From the NCBI GenBank assembly GCA_951406725.2, contig OX597814.1, forward strand, positions 214,024,001 to 214,088,000: a DNA stretch of 64,000 nt, in the 5' to 3' direction. Position 1 is the stretch's first letter. The number at the start of each line of letters is the position of its first letter. This DNA is from Octopus vulgaris. Lineage: Eukaryota. The translations under genes were made by a program, and so were the position numbers. This document shows positions 11,689 through 25,226 of the stretch, one piece after another. The notes under the pieces were generated by a model that worked only from the letters and a program-made list of their open reading frames with translations, did no database searches and was not told where the DNA came from.

Positions 11689-12086
11689 GGATATTTTCGG
11701 TTTGAACGGCAGTTTTTTCTAGCGGTGTCATATGAAATTGTCACCCATAATTATGACCCTGGTATCGATCTTATTGCATTTCAATCTATTTTAGGGTTAG
11801 GGGGGGGTATATCTTTTTTTCTTCAGAAATGTAAATAAACCCAGTCTGTTTCTTAAACGAGGGACATATTGATACGGCGCAGAATGTTGTTTACCTCAAT
11901 AGACGTCAGTGATTGGTTGAAATTGCAGAAAAAAAAACCAACAAATATCTTACAAACTATAGAATTTTCTCAATAAAGCCAAGAGAAAAAGATGTTTTAT
12001 AACACATTCCACAAGTATAAGAAGTTTTAAAATTTTTAGTTACCTATAAATTATATTAAAAACTGCAGTTCAAACCGAAAATATCC
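11689..12086. mobile_element. Merlin-like MITE
   Basis: TIRs GGATATTTTCGGTTTGAAC / GTTCAAACCGAAAATATCC, 8-bp TSD AAATTACG/AAAGTACG; GG termini with 8-bp TSD fit Merlin/IS1016-like elements. Confidence 0.75.
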
Positions 12087-12231
12087 AAAGTACGAATTAC
12101 GACGGTCCGTAATGTTCACGTGACTATATCTCACCAGTAAAACATTTATTACTCTTTTACTAAATTAATTATTTTTTAGGTATCATAAATCTCGTAAGTC
12201 GTATCGGAAACATTTTCTTGCTTTTCTGAAA

Positions 12232-12629
12232 TCTTTATATATAAAAGTGAAGTTGTGTGTCTGTCTCCTACGATTTAGATTCTTAACTACTCCCACATTT
12301 TGCGGTGTAGTTTAACCAAAACCGGGTATCTTATAGTCGTGATTCATATCGAGCCCTTCTGGGTATTAGCGCGCGTCTACGATGAGTCTACGATTTTTAA
12401 AAAAATTTACCGTCATTTTTTTTCATTTTAATGCATTTTTTCGCTATTATATAAGGGAAGTAACTCTCTAAAAATGTCGACGATGAGTCAACGATTTTTA
12501 AAAAAATTTACCATCATTTTTTTTCCATTTTTAATGCATATTTTTGCTATCTTTTGGCTATAACTCTCTAAAAATGCTTATATAGTTATTTCCCTTACAA
12601 ACCCGAGCAACGCCGGGCGATACTGCTAG
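12232..12629 (+). mobile_element. Non-autonomous Helitron, copy 3
   Basis: A|TC...CTAG|T with the same hairpin. Confidence 0.85.
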
Positions 12630-13091
12630 TATAAATATAAAAGTGGAACAAAAGCGCAATAGAGGACAATAAAACGTTCGGATAGATAGACGATACAAAG
12701 GCGGACAAGGGAAACAACAATTAGACGGACAGGCAAAAAAAGACGGGTCATTCATGGCCTTCTTTCCTCGGTCAAGTACCAGAAGTCACGACCGTTTCAG
12801 AAAGTTTAGTTCGTCTGTCGTTGTCGACGACGACCAAGGACAGCACATGGGAGAGGAAGACGAGGCACAGTGTATTTGGCTGTGGTCAATCAGTCTAATG
12901 CGTGCTCAGAAGGCTCTGCCACAGGTCGGGCACTGATGGTCTGTTGGGAGTTGGCACTGGTAGTCTGAAGGCTCTGGACTTGCGTAATTTGTGTTTTATT
13001 TGAGCCCTTGTTATCCTGTTCTGTTCTTGGGAAATGGCACCGCTGTTGTTGCAGCTTCGCCAGGTAGAGCGGTCTTGTGTTTGCGATACTT

Positions 13092-13123
<32 letters not shown>

Positions 13124-13314
13124 CATTTTACTTAATTAACTTCTGCAAAAGTTTAACGAAACTAATCAATGAGAAACATCATTATAGAATCGACTTCAGG
13201 AAAACAATTCCGAATTAATGTCACAATGCAATGCAAGATATCAATTATCAATATTCGTATAATGAAGGATAAAGTTTCTAGTTTTAATATTTCTTGTAAT
13301 GCTAAACATATCGG

Positions 13315-13452
13315 TGTATGTATGCGTGTGCGTACATGTGTGTGTGTGTGTGCGTGTGTGTGTGTGTGTTTGTGTGTGTGTGTTTGTGTGTGTGCGTGTG
13401 TATGTGTGTGTGTGCGTGTGTGTGTTTGTGTGTGCGTGTGTTTGTGTGTGTG

Positions 13453-13496
<44 letters not shown>

Positions 13497-13670
13497 TGTG
13501 TGTCTATGTGTGTGTGTGTGTTTGTGTGTGTGTCTATGCGTGAGTGTGTGTGTGTGTGTCTATGTGTGTGTGTGTATGTATGTGTGTTTGTGTGTGTGTG
13601 TTTATGTGTGTGTCTATGTGCGTGTGTGTGTGTGTCTATGTGTGTGTGTGTGCGCGTGTGTGTATGTGTG

Positions 13671-13714
<44 letters not shown>

Positions 13715-13864
13715 TATGTGTGTGTGTGTGTGTTTGTGTGTGTCTATGTGTGTGTGTGTCTATGTGTGTGTGTGTGCGTGTGTGTGTGTGTTTGTGGTGT
13801 GTGTCTATGTGTGTGTGTTTGTGTGCGTGTGCGCGTGTGTGTGTGTGTGTGCGTGCGTGTGCGT
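13315..13864. repeat. Long degenerate (GT)n microsatellite
   Basis: Direct reading; source of the VCVC ORFs. Confidence 0.95.
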
Positions 13865-14158
13865 GAAAGAAAGTAAGATTGATGTGGCCGATGTCAAACA
13901 TCTGCAAGTCAATTTATTTCTTTTGCTGTTACTCATTTTTGTCACTGGACTGCAGCCATGCTGGAGCACAGCCCGTGAGTGTTTTAGAGGAACGAATCCA
14001 CAACCGATACTTATTCTATTAGTCTCTTTTGCTAAACCGCTAACTTACGGGACGTAAACAAACCAGCACAAATTGTCAAGCGATAGTGAAGGACAAACAC
14101 AAAGGCACTCATACATAGATATGTATATACGTACATACATTCATGTATATATATACAT

Positions 14159-14197
<39 letters not shown>

Positions 14198-14198
<1 letters not shown>

Positions 14199-15593
14199 TA
14201 GCAGAATTGCCCGGCGTTGCTCGGGGCTGAATTGCTTGAAAGTACTGTTAATGATTGCACTGAATTATGATGATTATTCAGGCAAATATTGATATAAGCT
14301 TACGGTGGGAGATAAGGACTTAACGATCAAACGTGTGCCATTGCATTGTTTTGGAGGAACCAAATATCTGATGAGCATTATAGGGGCACCAACTTTAAGT
14401 TTGAGAAAGTGTGGTGGTAGTCCGGGGTGCTCAAAGGAATTGAGTACCTCTATTGGATAGTTGATGACGTCCTCTGGGTCAGGAGTTGTATCGATAGACT
14501 GATATACATAGACTTCCCCAGGAATGAGTTTTAGCATTTCATCATTAATATGGTGAACAGTTTTATTCCTCGGGGCCAGTATAGCCTTTTTGCCAATCCA
14601 ATCCATATTCTGATAATTAGCTTGTAGATCTGGGAACACTGCATCTCTGAGATCAGAAGGCGTCTTAACAAAGGTACAAATGGAATCGATGGCAATATTA
14701 CCACTTTCATCTCCTGGTATTTTGCCTTCGCCAAGTGCAAGGAGGGTGTGAGGAAATATAAGTGTGCGTGTTCGACTGACTACAAATATATGGAGATGAA
14801 CACAGCGCGCAAAAAGTAAATGAATAAAAAAACTCTTACGAAATTTAACGAAGTGTGCGAGTTCAAGCGAAAGAATGCCCATTTTTAGGGGTGGGGGGAC
14901 GCCCCATGTTGAATTGCAAAATTCTGATGTGATATTTGTGTAATAACAAAATCAAACCTGGAGTGTGTGTATGTGTGTATGTGTGTATGTGTGTATGTGT
15001 GTATGTGACCTTATGTTACTGAGACTTTGTGTGGGGGTGCAAGAGAGAGAGAGAGAAAGAGGAAAGAGAGAGAACATTGCAAACAATGAATGAAATAAAC
15101 ATGAAGTGAAAAAAATCGTATAAAGAAAAGCTCGTTAAAAACTATCTTGTACCGAATATTTAGATTTGTGAACTTGAAATATTCAATAATAAAAGGAAGG
15201 TTCAGAAAGTAAATTTTCTTGAAAACTTCAATTTATAAAAAATCTCACTTGCTTAGTAAATATTTCTTTCGGTAATTTTTTGTAGTTGAACTTGAAATGA
15301 AAACACGAATATAGAGAATGAGAGATTTCGCAAATGAAAACGGAAAATTTCGCCTTCAACGAATTAATATTGTTTTGATAGTTGCTCGGAAGCTGACATT
15401 GCAAAACCTTTTTAAAGAAGTGAATCATATATAAAAAGCAATACTATTCTTAAATAGAAAATAAAATGAAGATCCAACTATGCATCCAAAGTCAAATAAT
15501 TCATGCATTCCAAGTATGGAACTAATTCGCGCAACCGTTTTTGCGTGAAAAGCGAATACACACACACCGGTCAATTTTATATTATATATATAT
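14198..15593 (-). mobile_element. Internally deleted Helitron carrying a PIF1-helicase fragment
   Basis: ORF 14274-14750: KAILAPRN...YPIEVLNSFEHPGLPPHFLKLKVGAPIMLIRYL...CNGTRL (Helitron helicase); 3' end CCCCGAGCAACGCCGGGCAATTCTGCTAG|T; 5' boundary approximate. Confidence 0.85.
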
Positions 15594-15596
15594 AAA

Positions 15597-15750
15597 CATG
15601 TATGTATGTATGTATGTATGTATGTATGTATGTATGTATGTATGTATGTATATGTTTATGTATGTATATGTTTATGTATATATATGTATGTATGTATGTA
15701 TATATGTATGAATGTATGTATGTATGTATGTATGTGTGTGTGTGTATATA
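15597..15750. repeat. (ATGT)n microsatellite
   Basis: Direct reading; followed by the 3' half of a family A SINE (about 15760-15960). Confidence 0.9.
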
Positions 15751-16043
15751 TGTCTTTATATTTATGTTTGTCCCATACCATCGCTTCACAACTGGTGTTG
15801 GTGTGTTTACGTCCCCGTGAGTTAGTAGTTTGGCAAAAGAGAACATTAGAATAAGTACTAGTCTTTAAATAATAAGTCCTGATGTCGATTTCTTCGACTA
15901 AAATCCTTCAATGTGGTGTCCCAGCATCGCCGCAGTCAAATGACTGAAACAATTAAAAGATAAAAAAAAGATAAAAGCTATACAGAAAAATAAATAAAGT
16001 TGTTGTGGGAGATTTATAGGAGAGGGAGAGTGTAAATGACTTG

Positions 16044-16607
16044 CAATGCTGAGCCAAAACACTTGAGCCGAAACACTGAGCCGAAACACTGAGCCGAAAC
16101 ACTGAGCCAAAACACTGAGCCAAAACACTGAGCCAAAACACTGAGCCGAAACACAATGCTGAGCCAAAACACTTGAGCCAAAACACTTGAGCCAAAACAC
16201 TGAGCCAAAACACTGAGCCAAAACACTGAGCCAAAACACAATGCTGAGCCAAAACACTTGAGCCAAAACACTGAGCCAAAACACTGAGCCAAAACACTGA
16301 GCCAAAACACTGAGCCAAAACACTGAGCCGAAACACAATGCTGAGACAAAACACTTGAGCCAAAACACTGAGCCAAAACACTGAGCCAAAACACTGAGCC
16401 AAAACACTGAGCCAAAACACTGAGCCAAAACATTGAGCCGAAACACAATGCTGAGCCAAAACACTTGAGCCAAAACACTGAGCCAAAACACTGAGCCAAA
16501 ATACTGAGCCGAAACACAATGCTGAGCCAAAACACTTGAGCCAAAACACTTGAGCCAAAACACCTGAGCCAAAACACTGAGCCGAAGCACAATGCTGAGC
16601 CAAAACA
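16044..16607. repeat. 13-bp minisatellite (CTGAGCCAAAACA) with higher-order variants
   Basis: Direct reading; 13-aa periodicity in the three minus-strand ORFs. Confidence 0.95.
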
Positions 16608-17876
16608 AGTGACAAACACCATTTGAACGATTTATCACAAAAGAAACTGAAAATAAGTTTCTATAATCGTTGCCTTTTCAAAAGTATGCGACATATAGCA
16701 ACATACAGTGTTATAACTCCTATTCAAATTAGATTCAGTGGATAATACTCCACCTAGACTCCAGACTTACTGCTATCTCTCAATATTTCCAACAACAATT
16801 GTCATAACAGTGTTCCAAGAGAAACCGCATAAATGAATGAATAGATAATGACATTCTGGATAATTGTATTCATTAAGACATATTCGTGGTTAAGTTATAA
16901 CGTTTACGTAATTTCACTGTTTTTCTATATCGTCCATACTTTACTGTCGACAATACTTAAATTAGCATCGTTCTTCTTGGGAAAAAAACTTTTAATAATT
17001 ACGAGATATTTGCAGATCTCTTGCAATGAAATTTGTGTGAAATATTTGAATTAACTCATTTATTCATGAAGTAGAATATAACTGCTTCTGATTATTTAAT
17101 AATCATTATTTATTAATCATTATCGTTAATACAATGAGCAGAAAACTTCCTATAAATTTCGAATTTTCAGCATGCTTGCGATAATCATAGCTTTATGTTA
17201 TTATATACTACATTGCTTTCATATCTGTTGATAAGAGTGACATCTATATATTTATAACAAAATTTCGTTTTTGTCCTGTTGTCATTTCTACAGTCAGTAC
17301 TTAGAAATAGTCAATTAATCAACTGGATCAAAGAAACACTTGGAAAGACCTCAATAATTACGTCCTCATCTAAAAATGTGGCATAACTATGTTTCTATAA
17401 TGCTAATATTACTGTACAGCTTATTCGTTACGAAATGCATATCGTTTTGTTGTTGTGTAGCTTACAAAGTTAATGGCTTTAAATTTCTAAAGAACTAATG
17501 AACTATACGGATGGATAGAAAATAAAAGTTGGTGAATAACATGAAATTCCAAATGGACAAAAAGCTTTATATAAAGAAAACAGTATTCCGTTCTTGGTTA
17601 GATTTGGAATATTTTATAAAACGCTGTTACACAGAATGTGCGCGCACACACGCACACGATTACGCACACATACAGACACACACACACACACACACATACA
17701 CGCACACACACACGCACACTCACAACCACACACACAAATACATATATACATACTTTCAAAATTCATAACATGACATGCTTACAATTGACAGCTACAGTTT
17801 ATGCGTTTTGTAAGCGTGTGTGTGTGAGAAAGAGAGAGAGAGAGAGAGTATGTGTGTGTGTGTGAGAAAGAGAGAG

Positions 17877-17926
<50 letters not shown>

Positions 17927-18133
17927 CGTGTGTGTGTGTGTGTGCGTGTGTGTGGGGGGGGGTGTACGCGCGCACGAATTTCTGAGATGTAGAATTATAG
18001 TTATTACTCTGATATATTTAAACTATTGACTTCATCCCAGTTGCTAAAGTCACGACGTTTCACCTGAAACTTTATGACTATAGAAACCATAATGAAGACA
18101 GCAGTTCGAATGTACGCGTACAAATGTATAATA

Positions 18134-19788
18134 CGAGATGCATTCAAGCATTTGAGACTTTTTCTTAGGAAAGACAGTTATAACTGTTCTAAGTTATTCC
18201 AATTTTAGTATATCATTACTATACACCTAATAAGTTGACCTGCCAACTTTTGTTACTTCAGATTGAAGGAGACTGCTGTAACAACTTGTTGTGATTTTAG
18301 TTTTGATTACGTGATTTTGATTGTGTGGATTGCTGTTATATGCCTGCAGTGCGAATGCGTAGAGTTCTGTTCTGTTTGCAGACGACATGTTCAGCGTTCT
18401 GTTCTGTTTGCAGACGACATGTTCAGCGTCTTTTTCTGTTTGCAGACGACATGTTCAGCGTTGATTTTTAGTTAGTCGAGAATGTAGCAACTCGCTGCAT
18501 AAAAATGTTATTGCGTTGAAGTTTGGTTTTGCTTACAATTTTAACAATCTTTGTTTGTATTGTATACTCTTAATCTTTACTCTTTTACTTGTTTCAGTCA
18601 TTTGACTGCGGCCATGCTGGAGCACCACCTTTAGTCGAGCAAATCGACCCCGGGACTTATTCTTTGTAAGCCCAGTACTTATTCTATCGGTCTCTTTTGC
18701 CGAACCGCTAAGTGACGGGGACGTAAACACACCAGCATCGGTTGTCAAGCAATGCTAGGGGGACAATCACAGACACAAACACATACATATATATATATAT
18801 ACATATATACGACAGGCTTCTTTCAGTTTCCGTCTACCAAATCCACTCACTAGGCATTGGTCGGCCCGGAGCTATAGCAGAAGACACTTGCCCAAGATGC
18901 CACGCAGTAGGACTGAACCCGGAACCATGTAGCTGGTTAGCAAGCTACTTACCACACAGCCACTCCTGCGCCTATTGCTGTATTTTTAGTCGATTAAGAC
19001 CTTTTAAACTTTGATATTCGAGTTTGGGTTTATAACACAACTCTTTGAACACATCCTACTAAATACTGCTTGTTACAGCTGACTTGTTTGCAATATGCAG
19101 TAGGGACGTTTGGGAGCTCGCTATTCAATAACATTTCGTGTTAAACTGGGTGAGAATGCTACAGAATCATATGGAATACTCCACACTGCTTATGGATTCA
19201 ATTTCTTACTGGTATTAGAGGATCAAGAACGGTAAAGAGGAGCTGAAAGACGATAAGAGACGTAGGAGGGAGAGGGATGTCATAACATAAGAGATGGTTA
19301 GGAAAATTCGCAATTTTCAGGATGAAGGTCGTCGTGTGTCGTTAAAAATAATAAGCGTACAGTTTGGAGTTGGTGTGGCGACTGTACACAGAATTATTCA
19401 TGAAGATTTGAACGGACGCAAAATTTGTGCAAAGTTTATTCCCAGGGGGATCAGTGACGAGCGACCTGGTAACCAAATACTTGACAGATAGAGGCATCAA
19501 AACTGTCCCTCGCCCTCCTTACAGCTCAGACCTTCCTTCCTGCGATTTTTGGTTGTTCCCCAAGCTGAAAAAGAGCCTCAGGGTCAGTCATTTGAAGATG
19601 AAGGAAGCTGTGACAAGGGTCCTGAACACGTTCACTTTGGATTACTTCCACGGGTCTTCAAGAAGTGGCTGGAGTGCGACAACAAGTGTATTGAAGTCAG
19701 AGGATCCTGACTTTGAAGGATATTAGACTCTTGTATTTTTTTTTAAATTAATAAATGTTTCTCCTGAAAAATTCTTGAATGCGCCTTG
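18134..19788 (+). mobile_element. Decayed mariner transposon
   Basis: TA-flanked TIR-like ends CGAGATGCATTCAAG / CTTGAATGCGCCTTG; peptides DLNGRKICAKFIPR and VPRPPYSSDLPSCDFWLFPKLK; family A SINE inserted. Confidence 0.75.
18565..18973 (-). mobile_element. SINE family A
   Basis: Full copy. Confidence 0.9.
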
Positions 19789-19874
19789 TATATATATTAT
19801 TGATTGTTTTGATAATGAAAAGCACTTAGTATAATCGATACAGGTTCGGTCGTTATTATTGGTTTCATTTCCCA

Positions 19875-20203
19875 GATAGCGTTTGAGCGATAGCGTTTGA
19901 GTGATAGCGTTTGAGTGATAGCGTTTGAGCGATAGCGTTTGAGCGATAGCGTTTGAGCGATAGCGTTTGAGCGATAGCGTTTGAGCGATAGCGTTTGAGC
20001 GATAGCGTTTGAGTGATAGCGTTTGAGCGATAGCGTTTGAGCGATAGCGTTTGAGCGATAGCGTTTGAGCGATAGCGTTTGAGCGATAGCGTTTGAGCGA
20101 TAGCGTTTGAGCGATAGCGTTTGAGCGATAGCGTTTGAGCGATAGCGTTTGAGCGATAGCGTTTGAGCGATAGCGTTTGAGCGATAGCGTTTGAGCGATA
20201 GCG
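19875..20203. repeat. 14-bp minisatellite (GATAGCGTTTGAGC), about 23.5 copies
   Basis: Nearly perfect array with a few C>T variants. Confidence 0.97.
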
Positions 20204-21994
20204 CCCAAGCCTTTTTTCTAAGATTATTAGTGATGAAAATAAAGCTCAGCAGCTCCATAAATCACTACAGCTTTGTCCGATTCAAATCACTGGGAGTTCA
20301 TCATTTCTTCTACGATACTCACTACTCAAACATGTTAATTCTATGATGTATAAAACTAAATTAAAATAAAATGCGAAAATATAATCTTTAATCATTGGAT
20401 GTGTTGTCAGCTATGCAATCAAATTCGACGTTTTGGCCGGTGGGGACTCTATTAAACGTCAGGAACACCTTGTAATGTAGTAAAAGGTTTTTCATTTTGT
20501 TTCTATGAAGTTTTTAGCTGTCATGCCTTGTGAAACAAATTCTTATTGTATCTTTTCGTCCAACATATCAATGATCGCTGAGACAGTGTTATGACACACT
20601 GAAGTTTAAAATTCCATAGAGTTACTTTGATATCCAAATATGCCATATTCCACGCACAAAAACATTTTGCATTGTACTATTTTGTTTTTTAGATTCAAGA
20701 TTTTAATGGAATTTTGGTTGTTTATTTATTTAAAGTTTCAAACCTTGGTATCGTTGTAGTTACGCTGTTTCATTTTAATATCTTAACTCCCCACATCATA
20801 ATTAGATAAGACATACTGGGAGGAGTGAACTTTTGAATTTTATCGTGATAGTTTTAAAGGTTGTATGAAATAATAACAAGATACTATGTGAATGATTAAT
20901 AACTCCATTACTTCTACATTCCATTCACTTGGAAGATAATATATGGCACACAAGGGCAAAATGGTTAAAGAAGTAGTTTACTCAGTAAGTTTACAATTAT
21001 TGTTTTCATGATTAATCCTCCAATCACTATCTTAAACCAAGCGGTAAAATTGAAGTTATCCTTCTTTTGATGCTTGGCACAAGCATCTATCGACTTCTTA
21101 ACCAAAGGAGTGTGCGGAACAAAAAGACACAATTCTTACTTTGGTGCTTACATTCCCCGAGCACCAGCATTGCATTCTCTAAGTATTACGGCTGCATCTT
21201 ATTGCAAGATCGGGTGCATACTCTGAGCTACACATTCGGCCTATGTTTGTAGTCATTAAGAGAGTACTTGAGAACTGCTTTAAGGGATCCTCTGCGTATA
21301 TCATGTATTCGCCTTCGACGGAAAGTTAGAAATTCGATTGCATTATTATATCGTTTGGGTACCTTACAAAGTAGAGATTATAGAGATGGGTTTCAATTTT
21401 TAATAACTTCCTTAAATTTACAAATAAATGCATAACATTTTGATACAATATAAAGAACATAATGGAAATTTTGGGACTCCCTTTACATACATACAGAAGG
21501 AACGAGCGTGTGAGACGGGGGAGTTGTGAACCAAACTGGAAGTTATGTTACAGACGGATAGACCTGAAGAAAATTATCATAGCGGGTAGGATTAAACCTG
21601 TAGGACCGACAGTAGTTTCATTTTAGGGACGAGAGGAAACAAGAATTCATAAATTTTTCTCTCATTTTGAAACTTCTATACACACCTTCATAATTTACAC
21701 AATGAATGGATGTAATTATTTACTGTTACCATCAGGGAGAACATTATTTTAATGTATGAAGTTAATTTCATCTCTCTCGGAGCTTTCTATTGGTGATTTA
21801 TACATCAGAATCAGCTGTTCATTAGTTAACTTGCCCCACAACATATAAGAGAACCACTGGGCCGGCACTTAAGAGTATTTTCTGTAGATAGATTGTTAGT
21901 CTATTGTCAATAATATTGTCGACGATGACCACCACCTCCAGTTTTCTTGGATTCTGGATCTTACCTTATTTCTTTATATTCTTCTTTCACTATA

Positions 21995-22392
21995 TCTTTA
22001 TATATAAAAGTCAAGTTGTGTGTCTGTCTCCTACGATTTAGATTCCTAACTACTCCCACATTTTGCGGTGCAGTGTAACCAAAAGCGAGTATCTTATAGT
22101 CGTGATTCATATCGAGCCCTTCTGGGTCTTAGCGCGCGTCTATGATGAGTCTACGATTTTTTTTTTAAATTACCATCATTTTTTTCCATTTTAATGCATT
22201 TTTTCGCTATTATATAAGGGAAGTAACTCTCTAAAAATGTCTACAATGAGTCAACGATTTAAAAAAAAATTTACCATCATTTTTTTTCTATTTTTAATGC
22301 ATTTCTTTGCTATCTTTTGGCTATAACTCTCTAAAAATGCTTATCTAGTTATTTCACTTACAAACCCGAGCAACGCCGGGCGATACTGCTAG
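21995..22392 (+). mobile_element. Non-autonomous Helitron, copy 4
   Basis: A|TC...CTAG|T with the same hairpin. Confidence 0.85.
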
Positions 22393-23406
22393 TCTCACAT
22401 AAAACTATTCACCCTTGAGTAACACAACGAACTCAAAAGCATCTATTTCTTTTCTCTTCTCTCCGGTCTATCATTACCAAGCCTTATATCTTTACGTCCT
22501 CAAATACGATTCCTTTTCTCTCCCCATCACTCCATTTTACTTTAATCTCTTCTTTTGCTTGCTTGTAGCCAAGGGAACAACACATTCTCTGCCTTCTTCA
22601 CCCTCGGAAAAAAGGTAAAAATCCGAAATGTTAGATTCCTTGTAGTTTATAGAAAATGAACTTAGCTAAGTCTTTTATGAAATCTTCCATTTGCCAAAAA
22701 AGACCAGGTTCTTTATTTCGACATCAGGGCAAAATGAGCCACTCAGAATAAAGCAAATCGGTAATTAAAAACTTGCAGCGATTCGAACACACGAACCTTA
22801 TTTCAGTATCAGATCTATTTAACCATTTCATTCTAAAATTTAACCATACTAGTCAAAGGTTTGACTAACATGACTGAAATGTAATATGTATTCTATAGTC
22901 ATCTTTAACTAGTACGTTCTATAGTCATTTTAAACTGACCAACAATGTGATGTAGTTGTGTTGCAAACATTAATTTCCATTATTTCCTTTATATTGTATA
23001 AAAATTGCATGCATTTATTTGTAAAGTTAAGTAAGTTATCAAAAATTCAAACCCAAAAGTGTCTTTTGGGACACCCTTTACATACATACAGATGTAGTGA
23101 AGTTCAGCATAATTTTTGCAACGACTGTATTTAATAACTTAAAAGACCAAAACTGGCGTTACAAATTTTAATGCTCGTTTATAGTGTTCTAAAAATCTAT
23201 ATCCTATCCTTTTAAATATACGTTCCATTCATTGCGTATATACTAATAAATTGTAATATTGCATTTCATGTACACAAAACCACAAAATGGAGATATGTTC
23301 TTCATGTACTTCCAAATTCGGATATTTTACCAATACCATTTCCTGCAATAAAATCTCACAATTTTTTTTGTTTTCTTTTTTTTTTTCTTTTTTACTTAAT
23401 TGCAAA

Positions 23407-23705
23407 TCTTTATATATAAAAGTGAAGTTGTGTATCTGTCCCCTTCGATTTAGATTCCTAACTACTCCCACATTTTGCGGTGCAGTGTAACCAAAAGTGG
23501 GTATCTTATAGTCGTGATTCATATCGAGCCCTTCTGGGTATTACCGTGCGTCGACGATGAGTCTACGATTTAAAAAAAAATTTACCATCGCTTTTTCCCA
23601 TTTTTAATGCATTTTTTTGCTATTATATAAGGGAAGTAACTCTCTAAAAATGCTTATATAGTTATTTCCCTTACAAACCCGAGCAACGCCGGGCGATACT
23701 GCTAG
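23407..23705 (+). mobile_element. Non-autonomous Helitron, copy 5 (single internal subunit)
   Basis: Same termini, about 100 bp shorter. Confidence 0.85.
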
Positions 23706-23889
23706 TTAAATATAGTTATCAAAGAGACTTTTCTTGGGCAAATTTTCAGAATACAACTACATGTACGCATGCGTTTCTTTGAAACTTTTTAAAAATATGT
23801 AAATTCATTTCTATTTCCTTAAAATCAATAAACCCAACGCAAAAGCGATGCATGGTTCCAGTATTTCTTGCAAATCCATATTGTGTTTA

Positions 23890-24420
23890 CCAAATCTGGT
23901 AAAATGTTCACGAACCCTGTAAGATGCTTGGATATCTATTTAAAATCCCTTCTGAATTTAAATGATCGAGTAAATAAGAATGTCTGTTGTTTCTGACATA
24001 ATCGCAATTGGAAGAAAAGCGAGCATTGATAGATTTTCCTACCGATCTCATTTTGAAACCTGTATTCATTTTTTGATAACTTCCACAGTAAATAGTAAAA
24101 TTATTCACTTTTATCAGCAAGCAGTCAGATTCCACTCCTTACAATACACATTTCAAGTTGATGAATAATTATTCCGTGTTATAAGTATGATTAATGCCGT
24201 AAGCGTTTTTCGAAGAGTTACAGCTGATATAATTGCTAACAATGATTCAACGGAGTTCATGCCTATCTCGAGGGTATTATTGCCGTTGGCTACGAAGTTA
24301 AGGAGAACAATGGGAACTTGGTTCAATTTAATACAGTTGCTAAGACACTCAACATTGCATTGAACAATACCAAATACCTTCCCGCCAAATATTTGTTTAT
24401 TGCTTGGGGCGCAAAATAAA
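23890..24420 (-). mobile_element. Possible very decayed Helitron PIF1-helicase remnant
   Basis: Minus-strand KLNQVPIVLLNF resembles LKVGxPIILLRN; weak. Confidence 0.3.
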
Positions 24421-25226
24421 AAAGTAAGTCCCTGGAATAGATTGAAATCCTCAGTTTACTCGATACCTTGTTACGCTAAACATCTATAACTTCTAGATTT
24501 ATCTAGTTACTACAGAAATGGGTGTCCCCTTTCTCGTAACTCTCACTCCATCCTATTTTTTTTTCTTCTTTTTTCTTCGATACAAAAAAGATACCCCTAG
24601 ATGTTATTCATCTGCCCAAAATTTCAGTAGTTAGTGCCTTCGTCTCATCTCTATTACCTGGAGTTTCACTACATATTAAAACTGATGCTTCTGGGGCTAT
24701 AATTTCAGAGTCCTTTTCTCTGAAATATACGTCACCCTGAACAAAATCACCCAGCAATTTAAAAAAGAGGCTTGGCCATGCTAGGAAATGGTGAGCCTTT
24801 TTACTTTGAAGCTATTTTACATATTGCTCAACAAGTGATCTCATTCAGAACTAGTCACACAAAATGAATAGAAACGAAAGCAGAGGAAAATCAAGGAATA
24901 ATGAATTTTTTCATTGGTACAGAGAATTGTCACGCTTTAAACAATAATTGTAATTTCAACTTTTGACACAGGGCCAGCAATTTCAGGGGAGGGCTTAAGT
25001 CGATTGCATCGACCTCGGTACTCGACTGGTACATATTTTATCGACTCCGAAAGGATGAAGGCAAAATCAACCTCGGTGGAATTTGAACTCAGAACATGAA
25101 GATGGACTAAATGTCGCTAAGCATTCTGTCTGGTGTGCTAATGGTTCTGCTAACTCGTCGCCTTCCCTACAATAATAATATTCCATACATATCTGGCAAA
25201 GATAACACAGTCACTGGTTTCTGTTA

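Noticed and set aside
15898-16638. 200-246 aa ORFs and a CRISPR-like look
   Set aside because: Pure tandem repeat without unique spacers or cas genes; frames are open only because the unit lacks stops.
18364-18460. Three ~32-bp tandem units encoding LFADDM (RT YADD-like)
   Set aside because: No surrounding RT motifs; local duplication within a mariner.
19723-20258. Repetitive 14-aa ORFs
   Set aside because: Translation of the 14-bp minisatellite.
21060-21320. Slightly GC-richer coding-like patch
   Set aside because: No convincing motif in any frame; probably an old TE remnant that I cannot assign.
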